DNA of 64,000 nucleotides from Planctomycetaceae bacterium (GTDB lineage Bacteria; Planctomycetota; Planctomycetia; Pirellulales; Pirellulaceae). Location: positions 6,830 to 70,829 of the forward strand of contig JABJJO010000155.1 in assembly GCA_018660825.1 (NCBI GenBank), written 5' to 3'. Positions within the stretch are counted from its first letter, which is position 1, and each line of letters begins with the position of its first letter. Made by a program: the position numbers and the translations under genes. The notes under the pieces were generated by a model. That model was not told the origin of the DNA, searched no databases, and saw nothing but the letters and a program-made list of their open reading frames with translations. Below, piece by piece: positions 10,072 through 21,166 of this stretch.

Positions 10072-10266
10072 CCGACAGCCTCTCTTAGGACATCAGGTCC
10101 GTAACCATTCTTGCGGCGGCGTTACGCGATTGTTTAGCGGTTTTTAATCAACTTTATCGTTCGCTTTGCATAGATTGGTTCTCTAACTAGTCGCTCGTAT
10201 TTCGTATCGTCTGGCTCTCCGGTGCGCTATTAACTGCGCTCCAGCTAATATAGGCTTTTTGGTTTT

Positions 10267-10914
10267 ATGCAGAAACTCGTCGAAGGTATTTATCAATTTC
10301 AACAAGGCCCCTTCAACGATAAACAGCGTTTATTTGAAGAACTCGCAAACGGCCAAAATCCGTTGGCTCTATTCATTACATGCTCGGATTCTCGCATAAC
10401 CCCCCATCTGCTTACACAAACAGAACCGGGCGACCTCTTTGTATTAAGAAATGCTGGCAATATCATTCCAGCCTACGGAGCCGTAGATGGGGGAGAATCC
10501 GCAACCATTGAGTATGCTGTGCGTGTCCTAGATGTCAAAGACATCATAATCTGCGGACACTCTCAATGTGGCGCCATGAGTGGATTGCTTGACCAATCGA
10601 AACTTGAAAACCTCCCAGCCGTGCGGGGGTGGCTGCATCATGCTGAAGCGACGTATCAGATTGTTGAAGAAAATCATTCGCACATATCAGATCCCGCAGC
10701 GCGGTTATCAGCGGCCGTGGAGGAAAACGTGCTTGTGCAACTTGAACATCTGCGAACACACCCATCAGTCGCTTCCGCGTTGAACTCAAATTCGTTGAAT
10801 TTACACGGCTGGGTTTACCAGTTCGAAACAGGTCAGGTGCTCGTCTTTAACTCAAATGAAAATAAATTTATCCCAATACATGCTACTCACCACGAAGGAG
10901 AAAACCAACAATGA
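10267..10914 (+). CDS. Beta-class carbonic anhydrase
   Basis: Zinc-ligand motifs 'CSDSR' and 'GHSQCGAM'. The 215-aa length is typical of beta-class carbonic anhydrases. Confidence 0.9.
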   Translation: MQKLVEGIYQFQQGPFNDKQRLFEELANGQNPLALFITCSDSRITPHLLTQTEPGDLFVLRNAGNIIPAYGAVDGGESATIEYAVRVLDVKDIIICGHSQCGAMSGLLDQSKLENLPAVRGWLHHAEATYQIVEENHSHISDPAARLSAAVEENVLVQLEHLRTHPSVASALNSNSLNLHGWVYQFETGQVLVFNSNENKFIPIHATHHEGENQQ

Positions 10915-12950
10915 AACATTTAGTCGAAGCATTGAATCGGGATCAGATTTTTCTAGACGTCGCTGCAACCGATATGACGTCCGCAATCCAGGAGACCGTA
11001 CGAAAAATGGTCGCATCTGGAATCCTTGCTGAACAGCTCAGAGAATCCGTAATAGAAACGTTGTTACAACGAGAGCGTGACACCCCCACAATCATCGGGA
11101 ATGCAGTTGCCATTCCGCATGCATACCTCGAGGGAATCGAACAAGAGATTGTCTTGTTTGTCCGACTTTCTCATCCCGTGAACATGGGAGCGCCTGACGG
11201 AATTCCAACTCAGTTTCTATTCTTTTTACTTGGACCTCCAAACTTGGCAGCTCAACATCTAGACACACTCGCATATATCGCGCGTCTGACGTCTGATGAT
11301 GAATTTCGTTTTGAGGCAGGTGAGGCTGGTTCCCCAAAAGCTTTACGCGCGGCGGTCGACCACTTTGCCGTTAGAACCCAGTCCATTCTGAATACAGAAG
11401 TCGAGGAAACGGACAGTTTAGAATATACCGGAAGACTGTTCGGGGGTCTGCGAAAGGATGTCATTCGCCGTTGGCCTCATTACCTCAGCGATTTCAAGGA
11501 TGGGCTTCACTCAAAATGCGCCGCGTCTACACTGTTTCTGTTCTTTGCCTGTTTGGCACCGGCAGTAACTTTTGGAGCCGTGATGGCTGTGAAAACCGGC
11601 GGCGAAATCGGCGTTGTAGAAATGATTGTGGCAACAGTTTTTTGCGGTATCGTGTTCGCACTCGTGTCTGGTCAACCGTTAGTGATTCTCGGTGGCACAG
11701 GACCCTTGCTCGTATTCACCGCCATTTTGTATCAGTTATGCAACGATCTTGGGATACCTTTTTTACCGACCTACGGTTGGATCGGATTGTGGTCCGCGGC
11801 ATTGATTGTTGGCCTAGCCATAACTGATGCTAGCTGTTTGATGCGATTTTTCACCCGGTTTACTGATGAAATCTTTGCGGCACTTATTTCGATCATCTTC
11901 ATTTTTGAGGCCGTTTATGCCCTGACTGACATCTTCCAAGATCTCGACATAAAAAAACATCACGATACCGCGCTACTTTCACTGCTCCTGGCGCTGGGCA
12001 CGTTTTACATAGCCATGACTTTATCTCGATTTAGACGAAGTAATTACCTACTGCCTAGATTCCGTGAATTCCTGGCCGACTTTGGTCCAGCCATCGCCAT
12101 AACCGTCATGACGGTGGTTTCGATTTTGTTGCACGAGGTGTTTCTTGACGTAATGCCCGCACCAGAGTCGTTTGGAACAACAAACGGACGCGACTGGGTT
12201 GTGAATCTTTCGGCGGCGCCTGTTTGGGTGAGGTTCGCCGCAGTCGGACCGGCATTATTTGTTACAGTTTTAGTCTTTCTAGATCAAAACATCACAGCTC
12301 GTATCGTTAACTCACGTGACCACCGGTTACATAAAGGCGAAGCCTATCATCTGGATTTAGGTATAGTCGGCCTATTAATAGGGATTTGTTCATTCTTTGG
12401 TTTGCCTTGGCTGGTTGCAGCAACAGTCCGCTCACTCAATCACGTACGCAGTTTGGCCACCGTCGAGGAGATCGTTGACACCGAAGGTGAACCTCGTAAT
12501 CGAGTACTACACGTGCGTGAAAATCGTTTAACCGGATTTGCGATTCATCTGCTGCTGGGATTCTCATTGTTTTTTTTGCACTGGTTAAAATTAATTCCAA
12601 TGGCGGTATTATATGGACTATTCCTCTTTATGGGTGTCGTCTCAATGTCGGGAAATCAATTTTTTGAGCGGCTCAGTCTCTGGCTAAGAGACCCGACGTT
12701 GTATCCTGCAACACACTATATCCGACGGGTTCCACGGTTGACTATTCACGCATTTACCTTTGTTCAGTTGGTGTGTTTGGCAGTTCTGTGGTACGTAAAG
12801 GGTAGCGCCGTTGGAATCTTATTCCCAGTTTTCATCGCGCTGCTGGTACCCGTTCGTCAAATTTTGAGACGATTCTTTACGGAATCACATCTCGCTGCGC
12901 TCGATGCCGAAGAAGAGCCTGACGAGGAAGAATCCCATTGGGCGGTGTGA
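10911..12950 (+). CDS. PTS EIIA(type 2)-domain fused to an SLC4/Band-3-family anion (bicarbonate/borate-type) transporter
   Basis: The N-terminal ~150 aa carry '[12 protein letters not shown]' (the EIIA-2/EIIA-Ntr phospho-His motif). The membrane domain starts with '[37 protein letters not shown]', which closely follows the SLC4 signature. It has an ATGA overlap with the carbonic anhydrase gene and a GAAGGAG SD at 10894-10900. Confidence 0.8.
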   Translation: MKHLVEALNRDQIFLDVAATDMTSAIQETVRKMVASGILAEQLRESVIETLLQRERDTPTIIGNAVAIPHAYLEGIEQEIVLFVRLSHPVNMGAPDGIPTQFLFFLLGPPNLAAQHLDTLAYIARLTSDDEFRFEAGEAGSPKALRAAVDHFAVRTQSILNTEVEETDSLEYTGRLFGGLRKDVIRRWPHYLSDFKDGLHSKCAASTLFLFFACLAPAVTFGAVMAVKTGGEIGVVEMIVATVFCGIVFALVSGQPLVILGGTGPLLVFTAILYQLCNDLGIPFLPTYGWIGLWSAALIVGLAITDASCLMRFFTRFTDEIFAALISIIFIFEAVYALTDIFQDLDIKKHHDTALLSLLLALGTFYIAMTLSRFRRSNYLLPRFREFLADFGPAIAITVMTVVSILLHEVFLDVMPAPESFGTTNGRDWVVNLSAAPVWVRFAAVGPALFVTVLVFLDQNITARIVNSRDHRLHKGEAYHLDLGIVGLLIGICSFFGLPWLVAATVRSLNHVRSLATVEEIVDTEGEPRNRVLHVRENRLTGFAIHLLLGFSLFFLHWLKLIPMAVLYGLFLFMGVVSMSGNQFFERLSLWLRDPTLYPATHYIRRVPRLTIHAFTFVQLVCLAVLWYVKGSAVGILFPVFIALLVPVRQILRRFFTESHLAALDAEEEPDEEESHWAV

Positions 12951-12961
12951 AAACCAATAGG

Positions 12962-14359
12962 TTATTTTTTTAGCGTCATTGGCTTGGAGGAGCTAAGCGT
13001 TCGTGCATCACGCTGCTCGCTGCCTAGGGTTTCGTCGTTTCCCAACGCCAAGACTGCATGTTTCCAGTGAACCTCCATGCGTTTGATTACCTCCGGGTTC
13101 ATAGCACTAACATCTATTTTTTCTTGCAAGTCACTTTTTAGATTAACCAGCTTGCCTGACCGACCAGGCCCAGCTTGTTTTGCGGTAGTCCAGTTTGGAT
13201 GCGTCGCATTGAGCGGCAGATGATATTTCCAGTCGCCGTAACGAATCGCCTGTAACTGGCGGCGGCGATAGTAGTAGAGTGCTTCGTATTGTGAATTAGC
13301 ATCTTCCTTACCGAACAGCATTCCGGAAATGTCAAAGCCATCAAGTTTTTGCGGTGGCAGCGAGGCGCCGGTTAACGCACAGAGCGTAGGTAGCAAGTCC
13401 ATCATCGTACCTAGTTCGCGACAGGTAGAATCTGCGGGAATTCGGCCTGGCCACCGCACAATCATCGGCACTCGCATCCCCCCTTCCATTGTCGACCCTT
13501 TGGCACCCGAGAGCGGTCGATTCGAACCGCCATTTCGACCGTTGGATCCATTGTCGGATGTAAAGATCACCAGCGTGTTCTTAGCTAGTTTAAGGCGGTC
13601 TAGGCAATCGAGGATCTGGCCGGTAGACCAGTCGATCTCCTCAACTGAATCACCATACCGCCCATTGGCACTCTTTCCGTAAAAATCGGGCGAAGCAAAT
13701 AACGGGAGGTGTGGAAATGTATGGGGCAGATAAACGAAGAATGGATTTTTCTGGTTATCTTCAATGAACGAAATCACCTGTTGGGTGTATCGTTTGGTGA
13801 GTGTTGCCTGATCGACTGGCGCTTCGATCACGGTAGCTTGTTTTACCAGAGGCAACGGCGGATCACCGCGCCCAGCCGCTTGCATGTCGTTGGAATAGGG
13901 TATGCCAAAGTAAAAATCGAATCCATGCTCGGTCGGCAGATGCTGGGGTTGATCGCCTAAATGCCATTTTCCGACACAAGCCGTAACATAGCCCTTCGAC
14001 TTGAGCGCCTCGGCGACGGTGATTTCTTCCGGGTTCAGTCCCCGGCGACTGCGGGGAATCAGCACCCAATGCCCTGTAAAATCTTCGTGCATTCCAACTC
14101 GTCGGGGATAACAACCCGTCATCAGGCTGGCGCGCGACGGTGTGCAAACCGGACTCGATGAATAGAAGTCCGTGAACATCATGCCATCTTTGGCTAGTTG
14201 ATCTACGTGGGGCGTTCTGTTTTTCGTTGAACCATAACAACCCAGATCGCCATATCCGAGATCATCGCAGAAGATGACGATGATGTTAGGAGCGGTGGTG
14301 TCAGCGGATTGCAGGGCAGCTGTTAGTGATAGTAAGGCAAGGGTGATTACAAGTTTCAT
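12962..14359 (-). CDS. Arylsulfatase (S1 family)
   Basis: Motifs 'FCDDLGYGD', 'SSPVCTPSRASLMTG', 'GKWHLG', 'TSDNG' and 'MEGGMRVPMIV'. The signal peptide starts at 'MKLVITLALLSL' (ATG 14359; alternative start 14377). Confidence 0.9.
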   Translation of the reverse strand: MKLVITLALLSLTAALQSADTTAPNIIVIFCDDLGYGDLGCYGSTKNRTPHVDQLAKDGMMFTDFYSSSPVCTPSRASLMTGCYPRRVGMHEDFTGHWVLIPRSRRGLNPEEITVAEALKSKGYVTACVGKWHLGDQPQHLPTEHGFDFYFGIPYSNDMQAAGRGDPPLPLVKQATVIEAPVDQATLTKRYTQQVISFIEDNQKNPFFVYLPHTFPHLPLFASPDFYGKSANGRYGDSVEEIDWSTGQILDCLDRLKLAKNTLVIFTSDNGSNGRNGGSNRPLSGAKGSTMEGGMRVPMIVRWPGRIPADSTCRELGTMMDLLPTLCALTGASLPPQKLDGFDISGMLFGKEDANSQYEALYYYRRRQLQAIRYGDWKYHLPLNATHPNWTTAKQAGPGRSGKLVNLKSDLQEKIDVSAMNPEVIKRMEVHWKHAVLALGNDETLGSEQRDARTLSSSKPMTLKK

Positions 14360-14578
14360 AGTATACTCGTGGGCCATTATTGATTAACGAATGTGATGGT
14401 GGTTGCCGGTCTCATACGCAAAACGACTTTGGATTTCAACCTGCAGAAACAAGATATACCAAAATGAGCGTGTTTATCTTTTTTCAAGCTTTATCGGTTT
14501 ACTTAAGAAGGCTGAGTGCATTATAAAACAAGAGCCCCCAGCTACTAAGTCCATAATTTGGAATAAACAATTTACACC

Positions 14579-15529
14579 ATGAAATATCCGTTTCAATTTT
14601 TATCGCTAACCATCGCAATGCTAACGTTCCAGTCGATTGCGTTCGGTGCCAAACCTTGGATCATCGATCCACACACCCATTTCAAAAGTGCTACTCAAAT
14701 TGAGTATGAACGGGAGCGGGTCCAGCGTGTGCCAGAAGATTCATTGGGACGCGTGGTCACGCCCGAGGACTACCGCAACGTAGCTGATCGCCTGGAAATT
14801 CGCTCGACATTGGTCATTGAAGCATGTGATCAGGACAAACCGGAGTTCAACGACTGGGTACTAAATGAAGCCCAATCGAAATTGGTTTGCGGTTACGTCG
14901 CTCGGGGTGATTTAACGGATCCTGCATTTCCGCAACATTTCCAGCGGTACTATAACACGGGGTATTTAAACGGATTCCGCTTTCGATTTGATGAGCTTCG
15001 CGGATATTTAGACAACGAACTCGCGCGGAAGCACCTGCGTTTATTAGAAAACCACGGCATGGTCGTAGATCTGTTGATCGAGGCATCCCACGCGGATGAT
15101 GTGTCAGCTCTGGCGGATGCCTATCCGGGCTTGAGAATTGTGATAAACCATTGTTTTCGAGCCAAGATTATCGACAGCAATATATCGATGGAATTGAAAT
15201 CAGCGATTATTCAGTGTGCCCGCCATCGGAACGTCTACTGCAAGATATCCAGCATCAACAATTTCTCGGAAGTGTTACCGTTCACTGTCGCCGCACCTAC
15301 CGATCTGGAATATTATCTTCCGATTCTTAATCCGGTATATGATGCTTTCGGACCCAATCGCGTGATCTTTGCCACCAACTGGGGGGTCAGCGCCCATTTT
15401 GGAACAGTGGACAACGTGAAGAATATTATTATGGAATTTCTTGAACCTAAAGGCCAACTGGTAATTAACAAAGCGATGTATCGCAACGCGATGAAAGTCT
15501 ACAATATTCGCCGCCGCTATTTGCGGTGA
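14579..15529 (+). CDS. Amidohydrolase-family (TIM-barrel metal-dependent hydrolase) protein, secreted
   Basis: Signal peptide, then the 'IIDPHTHF' metal-binding start and a later 'INHCF' segment typical of the amidohydrolase_2 fold. Confidence 0.55.
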   Translation: MKYPFQFLSLTIAMLTFQSIAFGAKPWIIDPHTHFKSATQIEYERERVQRVPEDSLGRVVTPEDYRNVADRLEIRSTLVIEACDQDKPEFNDWVLNEAQSKLVCGYVARGDLTDPAFPQHFQRYYNTGYLNGFRFRFDELRGYLDNELARKHLRLLENHGMVVDLLIEASHADDVSALADAYPGLRIVINHCFRAKIIDSNISMELKSAIIQCARHRNVYCKISSINNFSEVLPFTVAAPTDLEYYLPILNPVYDAFGPNRVIFATNWGVSAHFGTVDNVKNIIMEFLEPKGQLVINKAMYRNAMKVYNIRRRYLR

Positions 15530-15605
15530 TCTCGCTAAACCGACTCTCAAGTCAAAACAGTCTAGTGTCAATCGTAACGGAGATCAGTGCTGAATATCAA
15601 CTGGC

Positions 15606-16742
15606 CTACTGTTTGCTAATTACGGTCTTCATAGCGCGGTTCCCCAGAATATCCTCACTGGTAAAGTGCACATACAGATTCCGAGTGGTCTGCCCCGCGG
15701 TTAGTTTGACTTCGATCGAACGCGCATGAGGTTTAGTCGATACAGCGATCCCGATCGGCTTACCGATTCCACCTTGATTGTCATAAACCTTGACGTCAAC
15801 AGAGAACGGCGGTAACGTTTTTGGGTCAGCAACCCAATCCACGACCAGCGCATCTTTTTGCGGGGATTTTACCGTAACGCTCCTCAGGACCAGGGGAGTA
15901 TGCGTCGGATTTTTGAGCGTTCTCTTAATCGAATGAGTCGAGGGATTTAGTGCCGCTGCCTGCGTCTTCTCACCACCGGCGGTCATGAAATAATAGAGTC
16001 CCGTCGCATCACGACGGACCCCTCCATTCCAGTTTGTTTTATAGTTAAACGAGCGCTTTCCTTTTTCCAGATCCCAGTAATTCACCGAATACCGACCCTG
16101 TCCAAAGGCATACCAGGATCCGTCGAGACGGCGTTTCCAACCATTACGCAAGTTTGTCGTACGAGCCTGCTTTCCGGTGTTCAACCAGTCTTCGATAAAA
16201 GCATCCGTACCCCCCTTAAAATACGCTTTAGGGGAAGCGACATCCATGGTGACCATGTGCGTCCAGATCCCTGTTTTACTCGATCGGACCCAAAACCCAT
16301 AATGCGTGTGGTTTACGACTTCCCAGCTTCTTAAAACCAGCGTGTACCATGTATCAGTATCCCACCCTAGTTCAAAATTCCACGACTTCAGCCCCGTACC
16401 CTCTCCCCCAAACCCTTCCGTTTTGGTGCCGGCACCATGATACAGAGCGCGGATTGGTGCTGTATGATCCTTATGATCCCAAATCGAAAAGATGTAATTA
16501 TGTGCTTTTGGGTGCGCCTGAATCCCCGCATACCCCGCGCCTATGCCACGCCATCCCAACGTTTCATAATAGGTGTACATCGCTTCACCAGACTTGGGTA
16601 CACGCACTTCCTGAATGAGGATGTCGCCATCGAAGCGATCATCAAATACCATATGCGACGACGGTGCAGAATTTTGGGCGGACAAAGTGCCTGCGATGGA
16701 TAAGCTAATGACCAGCAACCCAAACGTAATTGGAAATTTCAT
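15606..16742 (-). CDS. Secreted hypothetical protein, DUF3472-like
   Basis: Signal peptide. 'GYAGIQAHPKAHNYIFSIWDH' and 'FGGEGTGLKSW' resemble the DUF3472 core. The C-terminal ~100 aa look like an extra beta-sandwich domain. Confidence 0.45.
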   Translation of the reverse strand: MKFPITFGLLVISLSIAGTLSAQNSAPSSHMVFDDRFDGDILIQEVRVPKSGEAMYTYYETLGWRGIGAGYAGIQAHPKAHNYIFSIWDHKDHTAPIRALYHGAGTKTEGFGGEGTGLKSWNFELGWDTDTWYTLVLRSWEVVNHTHYGFWVRSSKTGIWTHMVTMDVASPKAYFKGGTDAFIEDWLNTGKQARTTNLRNGWKRRLDGSWYAFGQGRYSVNYWDLEKGKRSFNYKTNWNGGVRRDATGLYYFMTAGGEKTQAAALNPSTHSIKRTLKNPTHTPLVLRSVTVKSPQKDALVVDWVADPKTLPPFSVDVKVYDNQGGIGKPIGIAVSTKPHARSIEVKLTAGQTTRNLYVHFTSEDILGNRAMKTVISKQ

Positions 16743-16841
16743 GTTTTAAACTCGTGGTAAAACTAAAACTTGTATTAGAACTCATTGTAACGCAAAATGG
16801 TTTTACCCCACACCTACGCAATGTTGAACGAAAGAAGATAA

Positions 16842-18359
16842 ATGAATTACCAAATCGCGATAGGTGCGTTGTTAGTCGAGTGCAATCATTTTGGCGGGGT
16901 TCCGACCGACATGGCCTCCTTCCAGCGAACTCAGTATGTCCGAGGAAACGAGGTATTGGCACTCACCGACGGAACCATAGGCGGGTTTCTGAACACCTTA
17001 AGTCAATCAGATCAGCCATGCACAATCATCCCGACGGTCGCTGCAACGGCATGTCCAGGTGGTCTCGTACTTGACTCAACATATCAATCCATCAAAACCG
17101 ACCTACTTACGTCCCTTGCCGCTGCCCAACAGGATAAAGGCCTAGATGGTATTCTACTGGCCCTGCATGGTTCCGCGGCGACCGAAAGCGAGTGTGATCT
17201 CGAAGGTGACCTCCTCCAGGCAGTGCGAACGACCGTTGGATTTGACATTCCTATCGTGGCGACATTGGATTTGCACGCCCACATCACCCAACGAATGTTA
17301 GATTTCTCAGACGTCCTGATCGCATGGGAAACATACCCGCACCGCGATGCAGCGGAAACGGGCGTTCGTGCCGCTCAGGCTCTCATTGACATGTTACAAG
17401 GAACTTTACAGCCGACGATGGCTATGGGTTTGGCTCCAGTGCTGGTTGGTGCAATCAACGGTGGTACAGCAGGCGACGGACCATTTGCCCAAACCATGAA
17501 ATACGCCAAATACATGGAATCGCGACCCGAGGTTTACAGTACCAGTGCCTTTCTTGTGCATCCCTATCTCGATGCACCGCAAATGGGGGGCGGTGGTTTG
17601 GTAATTACCAACAATGCACCCGACCTAGCGAGCCAGTTGGCACGAAATGTTGCCGAGTTTTACTGGGAGCAACGGTTTTCTCTGGAACCCACGCTAGTAT
17701 CGGTAGCTGATGCAATTAATGTCGGCCAAGCCCACGACGGAACAGTCGTTCTTGTTGATACTGCGGATTGCTGTGGCGGTGGGGCGGCCGGCGATAGCAT
17801 TGAAGTTCTTCCTGATTTGATTGACTTAGGGGAGGGTGTGGCATCCGTTATGCCGGTTGTAGACAGCGCCGCTGCCGAAAAGTGCCATGCCGCCGGAATC
17901 GGCGCGTTGGTTGCCCTTCAACTCGGTCACCAGCATGACCGGAAATGGGGAGTTCCTCTGCATGTGTCGGGTGAAGTGCTTTATTTATCCGATGGGAAAT
18001 TCATTTATTCCGGCGGTATTTGGGATGGATGTCAAAGTAACATGGGCCCAGCAGCCGTTCTGAAAATTGGTGGCGTACATGTTTGCATTGCTTCCTTTCC
18101 TACTTATGAATGGTGTGGCGAACAGTATGCTGCTTTTGGGCTAGACGTAACACGCATGAAATATATCGTCGCCAAAAACCCCATGAATTACCGCATGGCA
18201 TTTGGACACTGCTGTGAGCATTTTATTGTGCTAGATACAAAGGGACCCACACCAGCCACTTGCAAGCACTTGCCTTATTCCCATTCACTACGTCCTGCGT
18301 TTCCCTGGGATTCCGCGATCATTGATCCAATTTGGGTTTTGGGACAAAACGACTTTTAA
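16842..18359 (+). CDS. M81 family metallopeptidase (MlrC/microcystinase-C-like)
   Basis: 'IAIGALLVECNHF' at the N-terminus, and 'LALHGSAATESECDLEGDLLQAVRTTVGFDIPIVATLDLHAH', match the DUF1485 + MlrC_C architecture. Confidence 0.7.
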   Translation: MNYQIAIGALLVECNHFGGVPTDMASFQRTQYVRGNEVLALTDGTIGGFLNTLSQSDQPCTIIPTVAATACPGGLVLDSTYQSIKTDLLTSLAAAQQDKGLDGILLALHGSAATESECDLEGDLLQAVRTTVGFDIPIVATLDLHAHITQRMLDFSDVLIAWETYPHRDAAETGVRAAQALIDMLQGTLQPTMAMGLAPVLVGAINGGTAGDGPFAQTMKYAKYMESRPEVYSTSAFLVHPYLDAPQMGGGGLVITNNAPDLASQLARNVAEFYWEQRFSLEPTLVSVADAINVGQAHDGTVVLVDTADCCGGGAAGDSIEVLPDLIDLGEGVASVMPVVDSAAAEKCHAAGIGALVALQLGHQHDRKWGVPLHVSGEVLYLSDGKFIYSGGIWDGCQSNMGPAAVLKIGGVHVCIASFPTYEWCGEQYAAFGLDVTRMKYIVAKNPMNYRMAFGHCCEHFIVLDTKGPTPATCKHLPYSHSLRPAFPWDSAIIDPIWVLGQNDF

Positions 18360-18502
18360 ACAGGTAGCGAGCAAGACGTGTCGGGATTACTCGCCGTTTG
18401 CCAAGGGGTATGCTCAACCTCGCTGTGAATAAACGTTACAATACACTATCCAACGCACCGCATTGTGAATGCGGGGTTCAACCACCTAGGAGTTTATCAC
18501 TG

Positions 18503-20356
18503 ATGTTTGAAAACAAAAACAATTCCCTTTTATTATGCACGGTAATGTTGAGTGCTTTACTAGCCGTTTCGACAGACGCAGCGGAAATCGAAAACCACAT
18601 TACTCACGGGCCCATTCTCGGCCGCTTGTCTTCCTCAACGGTGGGCGTTTGGGTGCGGACGGCAGAACCGGGCGGATTTCAAGTGCATTATGGCACGGAC
18701 TCAGCGAATCTAGATCAACTCAGCGCCGTGGTCCCAACGAAGTTGGACAGTGATTGTACCGGCTGGGTATTGTTAGAGAATCTGGACAGTCGGACGAAAT
18801 ACTATTATCGCGTTGAGATGCCCGACGTCGCTAAATTGACCGGTCGACAAGGGTCTTTCCGTACGTTACCTGTAGCCAAACAATATCACCACAAGCAACT
18901 CAACCCAGCAGGACTATTTAATTTTAAATTTGAGTATGCTTGCGGGAATAACCAAAATCCTGTGCACAGTAACGGTCCTCAGTTACCCGCCTTTCACACA
19001 ATGCTTCGCGAAATCAAGGATGACATCGATTTTGCTATCCTCAACGGTGATTGGCTTTATGAGACTCAGCGTGAATACACTCCGAGTCAATGGTTACATC
19101 AAGTCGGGCAACCTGCTAATGCCGCGCCTGCTTTGGTCAAAACTGCTCCCTCGATCGTTGGCGTCTGGCAGAATTACAAACATTTTCTTAATCAAGCACC
19201 GGTATTAACTGAATGGCATCGCCAAGTCCCCAGCTTTTTCATGTATGACGATCATGAAATACTAAATGATGTTTGGGGTGCCGGATCTCCAGGATTACGG
19301 GATCGACGAGCCGTTTTTCGTGATATTGGCGTGCGAGCTTGGTATGACTATCTAGGCTGGGCAAATCCCACCGATTTCCCCCAACGTGTTCACATCAGTC
19401 GAGGGACGGTCGGTAAGCAGGGGACGATTCTAACGGACCCAACGGCAGATTTTAAGTCAATCGACATGGCGCAGGTCAGCAATCTGCATGTGCATTGGGG
19501 CACTCGGACCGACGGCGTTAATGAAAATGAACTGGATGACGTTGGAGGAATTGCAAATGCCGGTGTTTATGAAATCGTCGAAGTCATGGATAAGCATCGA
19601 ATCCGGGTGGCGCCCGCTTTCGATGAGGACGCTACTGTATCGTATTCATTGGGGCGACGATCGTATTTTAAGATGACGGTCGCCAACTGTGATTTTTTTG
19701 TTTGTGATACTCGTGGTCAACGGCAGATGCACGACAAGTCCGATCCCTACAAAAAAGATATCTCTATGCTTGGTCTAAAACAACGGGAATGGCTTCTCAA
19801 GGGAATGGCCGACAGTCAGGCTGATTTCCTTTTCGTCATTTCATCCGTCAACTTTATGGTACCGCACGTAGGGGGTGGAAAGGTGCGGGCTGATAACAAG
19901 GATGATGCATGGACGGTTTTTTATCATGAACGGGAAATGCTGATTGACGCTTGGGATGAACTAAAGCAACCTGTGTTTCTCTTGACCGGTGACCTACACA
20001 ATAGTTTTGTTTGTAGTATTACCGACAATGTTTGGGAATTTGCCTCCGGACCGCACAACTCCAATAACCACTACTACACCGATGAGGGGGATCGTCCTGC
20101 CAATGGTCTGTTCAAATACGGTCCGCGAGAAGTGGATATACATTGGTCAACGCATTGGCAAAATGACGTCGCGCGGGATCAACTCAGAGGACCGACTTAT
20201 TGCGTCGTGCAGGTTAACAATGTGTTAGACAATCCACTTGAGTTTGGGCAACATCGTTGGGTTGCGTTCCCTAGGCCTCAGGTGATTTTCCAATATTACG
20301 ATGGTTACACCGGAAAGTTACGATATGCGCACAGTGTCAGAGCGAATGCCAAATAG
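18503..20356 (+). CDS. PhoD-like alkaline phosphatase / metallophosphoesterase
   Basis: 'ITHGPILGRLSSSTVGVWVRT...FQVHYG' is PhoD_N-like. 'LNGDWLYE' and 'MYDDHEILND' are metallophosphatase motifs. The ATG at 18503 has an AGGAG 11-16 nt upstream and gives a signal peptide. Confidence 0.75.
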   Translation: MFENKNNSLLLCTVMLSALLAVSTDAAEIENHITHGPILGRLSSSTVGVWVRTAEPGGFQVHYGTDSANLDQLSAVVPTKLDSDCTGWVLLENLDSRTKYYYRVEMPDVAKLTGRQGSFRTLPVAKQYHHKQLNPAGLFNFKFEYACGNNQNPVHSNGPQLPAFHTMLREIKDDIDFAILNGDWLYETQREYTPSQWLHQVGQPANAAPALVKTAPSIVGVWQNYKHFLNQAPVLTEWHRQVPSFFMYDDHEILNDVWGAGSPGLRDRRAVFRDIGVRAWYDYLGWANPTDFPQRVHISRGTVGKQGTILTDPTADFKSIDMAQVSNLHVHWGTRTDGVNENELDDVGGIANAGVYEIVEVMDKHRIRVAPAFDEDATVSYSLGRRSYFKMTVANCDFFVCDTRGQRQMHDKSDPYKKDISMLGLKQREWLLKGMADSQADFLFVISSVNFMVPHVGGGKVRADNKDDAWTVFYHEREMLIDAWDELKQPVFLLTGDLHNSFVCSITDNVWEFASGPHNSNNHYYTDEGDRPANGLFKYGPREVDIHWSTHWQNDVARDQLRGPTYCVVQVNNVLDNPLEFGQHRWVAFPRPQVIFQYYDGYTGKLRYAHSVRANAK

Positions 20357-20430
20357 TCGATTGGTCCAGCAACGCGTGTCAAACCTATTCCCCCCCGCAT
20401 CATCAATGATCAAACTGAGTTGCAATTATC

Positions 20431-21027
20431 ATGAATGCCGTTAAAGACCCGTTGCTTCAAGATTTGGCTGCGTTTCTCAACCAACTTGGGACAGAGACAA
20501 TAAAACACTCTGGTGACAAAAACTATTTGGGACATCTCATCGCCGTCCATCGCGATTTACTGAGATGGGGAAGTGACTTAGACGTTGCTCGTGCCGGACT
20601 ATTCCATTCCATTTACGGGACCGAAATCTTCCAAGGGTTTAAGCTACCGGTTTCTCAGCGAAGCGAATTACAAAACCTAATAGGCGCCCGCGCCGAGCAG
20701 ATAGCATTTCTTAATTGCTATGCGGATCGCAAACTAATGGATCAGCTAATCATCGATCAAACCACTAGTTATCAAATCGTGAACAGAGAGACCGGCGAGA
20801 CCTATGCATTGGAGAAGCCTGATTGGGATGACTTAATCACGCTTCATTTATGTGATTGGATGGAGCAGCTAGAGCGGATGAACTGGTGGGACTACCGCCG
20901 TGAGGCGTACGCTGCGATGGCAAGTTACCTTGGCGGTGTGGCGCTGCAAAACTATGGGCGTGTGCTAGCAAACGAACCAAATCGTGAGGCAGGGTTGCAT
21001 GTTGACCGCAAGGCTTGGCAAACTTAA
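20431..21027 (+). CDS. Hypothetical protein with an HD-like His/Asp motif (DUF6817-like)
   Basis: 'GHLIAVHRDLLRWGSDLDVARAGLFHSIYGTE' resembles a small family of HD-related proteins. There is no signal peptide. Confidence 0.4.
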   Translation: MNAVKDPLLQDLAAFLNQLGTETIKHSGDKNYLGHLIAVHRDLLRWGSDLDVARAGLFHSIYGTEIFQGFKLPVSQRSELQNLIGARAEQIAFLNCYADRKLMDQLIIDQTTSYQIVNRETGETYALEKPDWDDLITLHLCDWMEQLERMNWWDYRREAYAAMASYLGGVALQNYGRVLANEPNREAGLHVDRKAWQT

Positions 21028-21166
21028 TGTGAATTACAGGGAACGATGACTGCCAACGCAGCAAGTCGGTGAATCACGATTCCCCTTGCTGTTGTTGCCC
21101 TTTGGGTGAATAATAATATAACTGTAACAATGTGATTCCTTTCTGCTGAATATAGAGAATATTTTC

